Shown: one piece after another, positions 1 through 8,183 of the stretch
Position numbering within the stretch: position 1 is the first letter of the stretch
Layout: the number at the start of each line of letters is the position of its first letter
Origin: Chthoniobacteraceae bacterium
GTDB taxonomy: Bacteria > Verrucomicrobiota > Verrucomicrobiia > Chthoniobacterales > Chthoniobacteraceae
Direction: 5' to 3'
Assembly (NCBI GenBank): GCA_031409335.1
Contig: JANNWY010000166.1
Span: 1-35,884, forward strand
Length of the DNA stretch: 35,884 bases
Notes under the pieces: model-generated
The model's input: the letters and a program-made list of their open reading frames with translations, nothing else
Told to the model about the DNA's origin: nothing
Database searches by the model: none
Made by a program: the position numbers and the translations under genes

Positions 1-108
1 GATAGCCAGTGCAATCTCGTTGACGTTGTTCGCGTGATGGTCGGCTCGGGTGAGAACTCCCTGCAAGTATTGCTGGAGGAGATCAACGTCGGTTACTTGT
101 GTTGGCAT
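1..108 (-). CDS. First integron gene cassette ORF (5' part only), VCH_CASS14-like protein
   Basis: Manual translation from ATG at 108 gives MPTQVTDVDLLQQYLQGVLTRADHHANNVNEIALAI, open to the window edge. It closely resembles my recollection of the VCH_CASS14 N-terminus (..DV..L..Y..GV..RADHHA.NV.EIALA). It is divergent from intI and lies just after the putative attI. Confidence 0.8.
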   Translation of the reverse strand, partial: MPTQVTDVDLLQQYLQGVLTRADHHANNVNEIALAI

Positions 109-134
109 AGATTGGAAGGGAGATGTGCGAAGTC

Positions 135-155
135 GCCGAACATCCTATTAACCCG
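135..155 (-). other. Putative attI recombination site
   Basis: The minus strand reads CGGGTTAATAGGAT-GTTCGGC: a TAAT-containing L-like box, a 5-nt spacer and a GTT core box (135-141). The core box ends 26 nt before the cassette ATG and lies upstream of intI, the canonical attI position. Confidence 0.65.
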
Positions 156-305
156 CTTCTGCCAGGCAGGATTTGTGGCGTATGTGGGTAAAGGGTGCGC
201 ATGAGCGGTATGTTGAAGCAGAAGTGGCCTTGCCGTTGCAAGGTTCTTTTTGGAAATCTGGTTTTGTCACTTGTCCGGGGTACGGTGTCGGCGTATGGCG
301 TGAGT

Positions 306-1388
306 ATGCCGATTTCCCGTCATACGCCGCAAAAAGACCCTCATCCACGCACCATCGCGCCGCTTCCGGGGACGGCTGGCGCGGTGCCACGCTTTGAGGA
401 CCGGGTGCGGGCGGCCTGCCGGGTGCGGGGGTATTCGATCCGCACGGAGGACGCTTACTGGATGTGGACGCGCCAATTCATCCTCCACCACGGGAAGCGC
501 CACCCGGAGACGATGGGCGCGGAGGAGATCAGGGCGTTTCTCACGGCCCTCGCGGTGGAGCGCAATGTGGCGCCGGGCACGCAGATGCAGGCGCTCAATG
601 GGCTGGTGTTTGTCTTCAAACACGTGCTGGGTCGAGAGCCTGGCGATCTGACGGGGATCGTGCGGGCGAAGCGGGCGCGGAAAGTGCCAGTGGTGCTCGG
701 AGTGGAGGAAACGCGGGCGCTGCTGGCGGGGCTGGATGGCACTTCGCTGCTGATGGCGCAGCTCCTCTACGGAGCGGGGCTGCGGATGATGGAGTGCGCG
801 CGGCTCCGGGTGAAGGATGTGGATTTCGCGCGGAACGTGCTCACTTTGCAGGATACCAAGGGCGGGCACGGGCGGGTGACGATGCTGCCGGAGACGGCGC
901 GGCCCGCGCTGAAAGCGCATCTCGCCCGGGTGCGGACACTGTACGAAGCGGATCGGGTGGCGGGTGCGGCGGGGGTGCAGCTCCCGTATGCGCTGGCGGT
1001 GAAGCAGCCGGGTGCGGCGGAATCGTGGCCATGGTATTGGGTATTCCCTGCGCGGAGGGAATCGCGCGACCCGCGCTCGGGGGAAACGCGGCGGCACCAT
1101 GCGCACGAGGATTGCCTGCAGCGTGCGGTGAAGGCGGCGGCGGTGGCTGCGGGGATCGCGAAGCCGGTGACGCCGCACGTGCTGCGACACTGTTTTGCCA
1201 CGCACCTGCTGGAGAATGGGCAGGACATCCGCACGGTGCAGGAGCTGCTCGGGCACCGGGATGTGGCGACGACGATGATTTATACGCATGTGATGAACCG
1301 GCCGGGGATCGGGGTGCGCAGCCCGCTGGATCAAAAACCGGGCGCAGGCCCGGAGCAGGGGCAGGTCGGTGCTCATGGGGCTTTTTGA
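306..1388 (+). CDS. intI: Integron integrase (tyrosine recombinase)
   Basis: YSIRTEDAY N-terminal motif. Catalytic residues are present: R (GLRMME), K (TKGG), HxxR (HVLRH), H (LGH), Y (TMIYTHV). It has the IntI-specific insertion VQLPYALAVKQPGAAESWPWYWVFPA..DPRSGETRRHH. Start placed at ATG 306; the ORF is open from 195. Confidence 0.95.
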   Translation: MPISRHTPQKDPHPRTIAPLPGTAGAVPRFEDRVRAACRVRGYSIRTEDAYWMWTRQFILHHGKRHPETMGAEEIRAFLTALAVERNVAPGTQMQALNGLVFVFKHVLGREPGDLTGIVRAKRARKVPVVLGVEETRALLAGLDGTSLLMAQLLYGAGLRMMECARLRVKDVDFARNVLTLQDTKGGHGRVTMLPETARPALKAHLARVRTLYEADRVAGAAGVQLPYALAVKQPGAAESWPWYWVFPARRESRDPRSGETRRHHAHEDCLQRAVKAAAVAAGIAKPVTPHVLRHCFATHLLENGQDIRTVQELLGHRDVATTMIYTHVMNRPGIGVRSPLDQKPGAGPEQGQVGAHGAF

Positions 1389-1470
1389 AAGAAGCGGCGC
1401 GCTGGCTTCCGCGAACGCCGCCGGGTAGCCGCGCTTGCGCTGCATCCGCGTGCCCGGCATATTTGATATT

Positions 1471-4407
1471 ATGCGTCTGCTTTTCATCATTCTCGCGTCC
1501 GTCGTGTGCGGCGCTTTTGCGGCGGAAGATAGTCTGGAAAGCCGTTTCCTCACCCACACGCGCCAGCTCATCTACGACGGGAAACGCAGCGGCGAGGGTT
1601 ACTTTCATCCCGATGGCAAGCGGTTGATTTTCCAAAGCGAGCGCGAGGCGGAGAATCCGTTTTACCAAATCTACACGCTCGATCTGACGACGGGCGACAG
1701 CGCGCGGGTCTCGCCGGGCATCGGGAAAACGACTTGCGCATTTTTTCAGTCGGGCGCGGATCGCGTGCTGTTTGGCTCGACGCATCTCGATCCGCAGGCG
1801 GTGGAGAAGCAGAAAGCTGAGCTGGATTTCCGCGCGAGCGGGAAGCAGCGGCGGTACTCGTGGGATTACGATCCGGCGATGGAACTTTTCACGGCGAATC
1901 TGGATGGGACGAAGATCATGCAGCTCACCAAGGAGCCGGGCTACGATGCGGAGGCGTCGTTTTCGCCGGATGGGAAACAGATCGTCTTTTGCTCGCTACG
2001 CGCGGCGTTCGCGCCCGATGCGGTGCTTTCGGCGGAGGACAAGGCGCGCGTGGAAAAAGACCCGGCTTACTTCGGCGACATCTACCTCATGGATGCCGAT
2101 GGCTCGCGCGTCCGCCGTCTCACGGAAGCGGCCGGCTACGATGGCGGGCCGTTTTTTTCCCCGGATGGAACGCGGATCGTGTGGCGGCATTTCGATGCGA
2201 GCGGGATGATCGCGGATGTGTGGACGATGCGGACGGATGGCTCGGACAAACGGCGCGTGACGGATTTTCAGTCGATGTCGTGGGCGCCGTTTTTTCATCC
2301 GAGCGGGAAGTATCTGATCTTCACGACGAACAAACTTGGGTTTGAAAATTTTGAGCTGTATCTCGTGGATGTGGATGGCGCGAAGGAGCCGGTGCGCGTG
2401 ACGTTCACGGATGGCTTTGATGGTCTGCCGGTCTTTTCGCCGGATGGCAAAAAGCTGTGCTGGACCTCGGGCCGCACCGCCGACAAGAAGTCGCAGCTTT
2501 TCATGGCCGAGTGGAATGATGCGGCTGCATTGAAGGCGCTCGCGCTTTCACCGGGACGGACGGGCAGAACATCCAACATCGAACCGTTTCGACAAGCTCA
2601 AGGCCCTGAGCCTGCCGAAGGGCATCGAACATCGAACATCGAAGTGGCGGAGATCGGGACGCCGGAGATTTCAGCGGAGGATTTGAAAGCGGAAGTCGGC
2701 TGGCTCGCGGACGATAAACGCGAAGGGCGGATGACGGGCACGCCTGGCGCGGCGGCGGCGGCGGATTGGGCAGCGGATTATTTTAAGAAGATCGGGCTGA
2801 AGCCGCTTGGGGACAGCTTTGCGCAGCCGTTTGAATTCGATGCGGGCGTGAAGACGATCGATGGGAAAAACACGTTTTCGATCAACGCGAATGCCGCGCA
2901 ATTCGACCGCGATTTTCGCCCGATAACTTTCAGCGACAGTGGCGAGGCCGAGGGCGAAGTGGTCTTCGCGGGCTACGGCCTCAGCGTTCCCGAGGGAAAT
3001 GGCGACCGCTACAACAGCTACGACGGGCTCGATGTGAAGGATAAGATCGTGCTGCTTTTCCGCTACGTGCCGGAGGCCGTGGAACCGGCGCGCCGGGCAC
3101 AGCTCAATCGCTACGCGGGGCTGCGCTACAAGGCGATGATGGCGCGCGAACGCGGCGCGAAGGCAGTGCTCGTGGTGTCGGGGCCGAATTCGCCGCAGGC
3201 TGGCGAACTGCTGCCGCTCACTGGCGACGGCGCGCTCGCGGGGAGTGGCGTGCTCGCGGTTTCCATCAGCGGGGCGACGGCGGACGCTTTGCTGGAGCCG
3301 AGCGGGAAGAAGTTGAAGGATTTGCAGAGCGGGCTGGACAACGAAAACCCGCACGCGGAAGGCGGCTTTGTGCTGCCGAAAGTGCGCGTGAAATTGAGCG
3401 TCGGCGTGGAGCACATCAAGAAGCAGGATCGCAATGTGGTGGCGATGCTGCCGGTCGAAGGCGCGACGGAAACGATCCTCATCGGCGCGCATTACGATCA
3501 TCTCGGGCTGGGAAATGGGAATTCCTCAATGGCGCGCGCCGGGGAGGAAAAGAAGGTCCACGCCGGCGCGGATGACAACGCGAGCGGCACGGCTTTCGTG
3601 ATGGAACTCGCGGCAGAACTCGCGGCAGAGCAAAAGGCGCATCCTGAAAAATTCAAACGCAACATCATGTTCGCGCTGTGGAGCGGCGAGGAGATCGGGA
3701 TTGTCGGCAGCGCGGCCTTCGCCGAAAAGCCGCCGCTCGATTTGAAAAGTGTCGCGGCTTACATCAACGCGGACATGGTCGGGCGGCTGCGCGAGAACAA
3801 ACTGACCGTGCAGGGCGTCGGCTCATCGAAAGTCTGGCGGAAGCTGCTGGAAAAACGCAACGTGGCGGCGGGATTTAATCTTGTGCTGCAAGACGATCCG
3901 TATCTCCCGACCGACACGACTTCGCTTTATCCAAAGCGCATTCCGGTGCTGAATTTCTTCACCGGCGCGCACGAGGATTATCACCGCCCAACTGACACCC
4001 CGGAGAAGCTCGACTACGACGGCCTCGCGCGGATCACGACGTTTGCCAAAAATATCATCGTCGATCTCGCGAGCGCGCCCGAGCGGCCCGACTTTGCGCG
4101 CGTCGAGCGCAGCGATTCCGGCGGCGGCGGGCGCGAGACATTGCGCGCATATCTCGGGACGATTCCAGATTACACGACCGAGGTAAAAGGCGTGAAAATC
4201 AGCGGCGTGCGCGCGGGCAGTCCGGCGGAAAAAGGCGGGCTGCTGGGCGGCGATGTGATCGTGGAATTTGGCGCGCAGAAGATCGCCAATATCTACGACT
4301 ACACCTATTCGCTCGACGCGGTGAAGATCGGGACGGCGGTGAAGATCATCGTCGAGCGCGAAGGAAAACGCGTCGAAGTGACCGTAACGCCGGAGGCGCG
4401 AAAGTAG
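1471..4407 (+). CDS. Exported TolB-like (PD40) beta-propeller + PA + M28 peptidase + PDZ protein
   Basis: Signal peptide MRLLFIILASVVCGAFA, repeated FSPDG motifs, M28 motifs (IGAHYDHLG, GADDNASG, SGEE, NADMVGR, YHRPTD) and a C-terminal PDZ (YLGTIPDY..GSPAEKGGL). Confidence 0.9.
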   Translation: MRLLFIILASVVCGAFAAEDSLESRFLTHTRQLIYDGKRSGEGYFHPDGKRLIFQSEREAENPFYQIYTLDLTTGDSARVSPGIGKTTCAFFQSGADRVLFGSTHLDPQAVEKQKAELDFRASGKQRRYSWDYDPAMELFTANLDGTKIMQLTKEPGYDAEASFSPDGKQIVFCSLRAAFAPDAVLSAEDKARVEKDPAYFGDIYLMDADGSRVRRLTEAAGYDGGPFFSPDGTRIVWRHFDASGMIADVWTMRTDGSDKRRVTDFQSMSWAPFFHPSGKYLIFTTNKLGFENFELYLVDVDGAKEPVRVTFTDGFDGLPVFSPDGKKLCWTSGRTADKKSQLFMAEWNDAAALKALALSPGRTGRTSNIEPFRQAQGPEPAEGHRTSNIEVAEIGTPEISAEDLKAEVGWLADDKREGRMTGTPGAAAAADWAADYFKKIGLKPLGDSFAQPFEFDAGVKTIDGKNTFSINANAAQFDRDFRPITFSDSGEAEGEVVFAGYGLSVPEGNGDRYNSYDGLDVKDKIVLLFRYVPEAVEPARRAQLNRYAGLRYKAMMARERGAKAVLVVSGPNSPQAGELLPLTGDGALAGSGVLAVSISGATADALLEPSGKKLKDLQSGLDNENPHAEGGFVLPKVRVKLSVGVEHIKKQDRNVVAMLPVEGATETILIGAHYDHLGLGNGNSSMARAGEEKKVHAGADDNASGTAFVMELAAELAAEQKAHPEKFKRNIMFALWSGEEIGIVGSAAFAEKPPLDLKSVAAYINADMVGRLRENKLTVQGVGSSKVWRKLLEKRNVAAGFNLVLQDDPYLPTDTTSLYPKRIPVLNFFTGAHEDYHRPTDTPEKLDYDGLARITTFAKNIIVDLASAPERPDFARVERSDSGGGGRETLRAYLGTIPDYTTEVKGVKISGVRAGSPAEKGGLLGGDVIVEFGAQKIANIYDYTYSLDAVKIGTAVKIIVEREGKRVEVTVTPEARK
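2567..2643. repeat. GAACATC heptamer tract interrupted by a 39-bp palindromic element, in frame within the peptidase gene
   Basis: GAACATC CAACATC GAA [CCGTTTCGACAAGCTCAAGGCCCTGAGCCTGCCGAAGGG] CATC GAACATC GAACATC GAA. Confidence 0.85.
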
Positions 4408-4497
4408 GCGAGGTTCCCAACCTCGCGCGGCAAGGCGCGGTGGGCGTTCACTCCGGCTCCGGCCGCCTTCCCGCGCGGGGTTGGAAACCCCGCCTAC
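4404..4497. repeat. Inverted pair of GTAG-type REP elements (REPIN-like)
   Basis: GTAG-GCGAGGTT-CCC-AACCTCGC at 4404-4426 and GCGGGGTT-GGA-AACCCCGC-CTAC at 4475-4497. Confidence 0.85.
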
Positions 4498-4550
4498 TTT
4501 GCGCACTTCTCTTCCATCTAAGGATTCGCGAGGTTCGTGGCCTTTTCCGT

Positions 4551-5486
4551 ATGTTGCGTCCACTCGTTCTTAGCCTTGCCATCTGCGCCATCACCGCGCA
4601 GGCGCAGGATTTGGGCGGGGATTTGACGCTGCACCGGCTGCTGATCGATGGCGAAACGTGGCAGCTTGTGGCCGAGGGGATTGGCTTTGCGGACGGGCCT
4701 TGCTCGGATGCGGAGGGGAATTTCTTTTACTCTGATTTGAAGGGGAACGCGGTTTTCAGAATCGCGCTGGACGGGACGAAGACGACGGTTATCGAGGAAC
4801 CGGCGAGCGGTTTGAAATTCGGGCCGGACGGGCGGCTTTATGCGTGTCAGGGGTCGAAGAAGCGGCTGATCGCGATCGACCTCGCGAGCATGGCGATCGA
4901 CGTGATCGCGGAGGATGTGCAGCCGAACGATCTCGCGGTGACGCATCGCGGGCATATTTATTTTACCGACACGGGGAAGCAGGAAATCGTGTTCGTGGAC
5001 GCGAAGACAAAGGCAAAGCACGACGTGGACAGCGGGCTGGCCGGCCCGAATGGGATCACGCTGTCGCCGGATCAGGGCACGCTCGCGGCGAGCGAATACA
5101 AGGGGGGAAACGTGTGGGCGTTTCGGATCGAGGTGGACGGCAGCCTTTCGGGACGCACGCCGTACATGACGATGCGGCGACCGATTGACTACAAGGGCGA
5201 GTTCAAATTCAACGACGGTCCGCCGCTGAAAAAGGAGTCGGGCGGCGATGGGATGACGAGCGATGAGACGGGGCGCTACTTTGTGGCGACGGCACTTGGC
5301 GTGCAGGTGTTCGATCCGACGGGCCGACTGTGCGGAGTGGTGCCGGGGCCGGAGGGAAGTGGCGGGCTGACGAGTTGCGCGCTCGCGGGGCCGGGGCGTG
5401 GGTTTCTTTACATCACCGCGCGGGATAAGATTTTCCGGCGCAAGGTGCAGGCGGTGGGCGTGGTGTACGCGCAGCCGCCGAAGTAG
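4551..5486 (+). CDS. SMP-30/gluconolactonase/LRE family protein, exported
   Basis: Signal peptide followed by FADGP, PNDL, GPNGITLSPD and GGDGMTSD..GRYFVAT motifs. Confidence 0.88.
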   Translation: MLRPLVLSLAICAITAQAQDLGGDLTLHRLLIDGETWQLVAEGIGFADGPCSDAEGNFFYSDLKGNAVFRIALDGTKTTVIEEPASGLKFGPDGRLYACQGSKKRLIAIDLASMAIDVIAEDVQPNDLAVTHRGHIYFTDTGKQEIVFVDAKTKAKHDVDSGLAGPNGITLSPDQGTLAASEYKGGNVWAFRIEVDGSLSGRTPYMTMRRPIDYKGEFKFNDGPPLKKESGGDGMTSDETGRYFVATALGVQVFDPTGRLCGVVPGPEGSGGLTSCALAGPGRGFLYITARDKIFRRKVQAVGVVYAQPPK

Positions 5487-5494
5487 CGTTTCCC

Positions 5495-5585
5495 CTCTTC
5501 CTCTTCCTCTTCCGCTTAATCTTCCTCTTCCGTTTTTGGTGGGGATGAAAAGGAGGAAGATTGAGAGGAAGAGGAAGAGGAAGAG
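5495..5585. repeat. Inverted hexamer tracts (CTCTTC)n ... (GAAGAG)n between convergent genes
   Basis: CTCTTC x3, CGCTTA, ATCTTC, CTCTTC on the left and the complementary GAAGAT TGAGAG GAAGAG x3 on the right. They can fold into a long hairpin. Confidence 0.85.
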
Positions 5586-5586
5586 T

Positions 5587-7152
5587 TCACCCGCCCGTCT
5601 TCACTTCCACGATGTCGTGCGGCGCGCTCTCACGCTGGCCAGCCGGGGTGACGCGGATGTAGCGCGCCTTTTCCCGCATCTCGGGAAGCGTGCGCGCGCC
5701 GAGATAACCCATGCCGCTTTGCACGCCGCCCGCGAGTTGCGTGAGCACTTGATCGAGCGGTGGCGCAACTTCTTTCAATGCCTCAATGCCTTCCGCGGCG
5801 ACCTTGCGCACGGTGTCGCGCGTCGCGTGACCGTAGCGCGCGGCGCTTCCCGCCTGCATCGCGGCGAGGCTGCCCATGCCGCGATATTGTTTATACAGCT
5901 TGCCGTTGATTTCCATGATCGCGCCGGGCGCTTCCGGGCAACCCGCGAGCAGGCCGCCGCAGATGACACCATGCGCGAGCGTCAGCGCTTTTACGATGTC
6001 ACCGGATTTGGTGATGCCGCCGTCGGCGAGAATGCGGACACCTTTCGCCTCCGCCGCGCGGCTCGCCACGTAGAGCGCGGTGAGTTGTGGAATGCCGACT
6101 CCGGCGACGATGCGCGTGGTGCAAATCGAACCCGGACCCTGACCGACTTTGATGATGTTCGCGCCGCACTCCGCGAGGAAGTCGATGCCAGCGCCGCTCG
6201 TGATATTTCCCGCGATGATCGGCAGCTCAGGAAACTCCGCGCGGATGAGCCGCACGGTGTCGCCCACGCCTTTGCTGAGGCCGTGCGCGGTGGAGACGGC
6301 GACCACATCAGTCCCCCGCTCCACCAGCGCGGCGATGTGCGTGAGGATGCGATCGCGGTCGAGTTCGCCGGTGTTCGAGTTGCGCGTCGCGGTAATGGCG
6401 GCACCGCAGAGCAGGCGGAATTGGTCATCGCGCGCGGGCTTCAATTGCGAGGTGCGCTCGGTGAGAATGCGCTCGATGTCGCTGATCGTGAAAAGCCCGC
6501 GCAACCGATCCTGCGCATCGACGACGAGCAGTTTATGGATGCCAATGTGCTCGGTGAAAAAGCGGTCCGCGCGCGCGATGGGATCTTTCCCCAGATCTTT
6601 TTCCAAAATCGTCTGCACCTCACTGCGCGGCGTCATCGCATCGAGCACGCGGACGGTGGCGTAGCGCGGGCGGACGTTGTGACCCGCGAGCAGGCCCAAC
6701 AATTTCCCCTCCGCATCCGCGACGGGAAAGGTGCGAAAACCGTAGCCTTTTTCGTCGATGAACGCGAGCACGTCGCCGATCGACTGATCGGGCGAAACCT
6801 TGATGGGCTCTTGAATCAAGCCGTGGACGTTGTTCTTCACCCGGCTCACTTCCGAGAGCTGCTGCCGGTCCGGCATATTGCAATGAATCAGCCCGAGCCC
6901 ACCCGCGAGCGCCATCGCGATTGCCATCCGCGATTCCGTGACGGTATCCATGTCCGCGCTGACGATCGGCAGGCGGAGCTTGATCCGCGGATGCAGCTCC
7001 GTTTCGAGCACCGCGTCGCGCGGGAGGATTTCGGAGTAAAGCGTGGCGAGCGTGACGTCGTCGTAAGTCAGCGCTGTGCCAGCTTGTTCGCGGAAGAAAA
7101 CGTCAGCGGCTCTGTAGAAGTCCGCATCAATGGGCGAGGAGGTGGATGCCAT
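5587..7152 (-). CDS. guaB: IMP dehydrogenase (with CBS pair)
   Basis: [15 protein letters not shown], catalytic loop [20 protein letters not shown], flap Arg-Tyr dyad (AARYG), and [14 protein letters not shown]. Confidence 0.95.
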   Translation of the reverse strand: MASTSSPIDADFYRAADVFFREQAGTALTYDDVTLATLYSEILPRDAVLETELHPRIKLRLPIVSADMDTVTESRMAIAMALAGGLGLIHCNMPDRQQLSEVSRVKNNVHGLIQEPIKVSPDQSIGDVLAFIDEKGYGFRTFPVADAEGKLLGLLAGHNVRPRYATVRVLDAMTPRSEVQTILEKDLGKDPIARADRFFTEHIGIHKLLVVDAQDRLRGLFTISDIERILTERTSQLKPARDDQFRLLCGAAITATRNSNTGELDRDRILTHIAALVERGTDVVAVSTAHGLSKGVGDTVRLIRAEFPELPIIAGNITSGAGIDFLAECGANIIKVGQGPGSICTTRIVAGVGIPQLTALYVASRAAEAKGVRILADGGITKSGDIVKALTLAHGVICGGLLAGCPEAPGAIMEINGKLYKQYRGMGSLAAMQAGSAARYGHATRDTVRKVAAEGIEALKEVAPPLDQVLTQLAGGVQSGMGYLGARTLPEMREKARYIRVTPAGQRESAPHDIVEVKTGG

Positions 7153-7252
7153 GCGGGAAGATGCCCGACTTTGGCGAGCGGAGGAAAGCGCGAAATGTGC
7201 CCGGCGGGCGACCGCGCCGAAGGCTGGCAGCCGTGGCGGCGCAGCGTGAATT

Positions 7253-8128
7253 TTAGCGCAGCGGCCTGGCGACGATGATCCCGGCGTTGGTGCGAAAGCG
7301 ATTCAGGTAATCCGAGAGGCGCGAGTCGAGGACGACGCGGCCGTGATTTCGCGGGGCGGAGGCGTGCATGAAGCGGAGCACTCCATCCGGCGTGCGATAG
7401 GCGATGCCGACGTGCGAGGTGCCGGTGCCACCGGGATCTTTGGTGGTGATGCCGATGACGTCGCCGGAGCGCAGGCTGGGCTCGATCGCGGGCACGCGGC
7501 TTTTGGGGATGTGATAGAGCGGCATCGCGGCGACGCGCGCCTCCATCGCGCGGATGCCGGGGCGGAGCGCGGGGTCGAAGCGCAGGTAGCGGTAGGTGCG
7601 CCAGTTGATCGTCATCTCGCCCGCGGTGTGTGAAGTGAGTTCGCCGCCGAGCGTGCGGGTGAGATCGGCGACGAGCCCGCGCCGGTCGTTGTCGTGGAAC
7701 CATTCCTCCAAATAATGCAGGCGCGAAAGATAAGTGCCATCGCATTGGCCGCCGCGGTAGCGATCCAGCTCGACGAAACGCAGCATCGTCTGGGGCGTCC
7801 ACTGCTCCTGCGGCAGCTCCACCATGCGGGCGAGGGCGAGCGCGGACTCGAAGAACGTCCAGCAGTCGAGCCCGTGCAAATTCACCGATGGCGCCTCGAT
7901 GTGGTCGTGGATTTCGAGGGTGAAACCCTTGTAAGGCGTGCCCGCGAGTGCGCGACCCGCGAGCGCCGTGCGGGTGCCGATTGGATATTGTTTCCACGCC
8001 GCGGCCTGCGCGATGAGAGCTTCAAATTTCTCGCGTCCTTTGAAGACCGTATCGAACGGCAGCTCCGCGCGCGGGTGCGGGGCGAGTAGCAACAGCAGCA
8101 GGGCGATTTGAAAAAGCGGCGATTTCAC
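7253..8128 (-). CDS. DUF1460 / AmiA-like NlpC/P60-superfamily amidase, exported
   Basis: Signal peptide after GTG 8128, then [15 protein letters not shown] (catalytic Cys), RLHYL, SHVGI (His) and FMHAS. Confidence 0.85.
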   Translation of the reverse strand: MKSPLFQIALLLLLLAPHPRAELPFDTVFKGREKFEALIAQAAAWKQYPIGTRTALAGRALAGTPYKGFTLEIHDHIEAPSVNLHGLDCWTFFESALALARMVELPQEQWTPQTMLRFVELDRYRGGQCDGTYLSRLHYLEEWFHDNDRRGLVADLTRTLGGELTSHTAGEMTINWRTYRYLRFDPALRPGIRAMEARVAAMPLYHIPKSRVPAIEPSLRSGDVIGITTKDPGGTGTSHVGIAYRTPDGVLRFMHASAPRNHGRVVLDSRLSDYLNRFRTNAGIIVARPLR

Positions 8129-8183
8129 GGCGCGGACAGGTAGTGCAAGTCGCGCGCCACTTCCACTCCGGCGCGCGCGCGAT

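Noticed and set aside
195..305. N-terminal extension of IntI in the ORF track
   Set aside because: It is not integrase-like and overlaps the expected promoter/attI region. ATG 306 is more plausible, though unproven.
5587..7152. GMP reductase (GuaB1-type) instead of IMPDH
   Set aside because: It retains the flap Arg-Tyr dyad and YRGMGS typical of IMPDH.
5398..7278. Long antisense or alternate-frame ORFs (also 267-1571, 15043-16653, 17950-20349, 20434-22962, 23329-25959, 28065-29717, 30549-33037)
   Set aside because: These are shadow ORFs expected from high-GC codon bias opposite well-supported genes, with no recognisable motifs.
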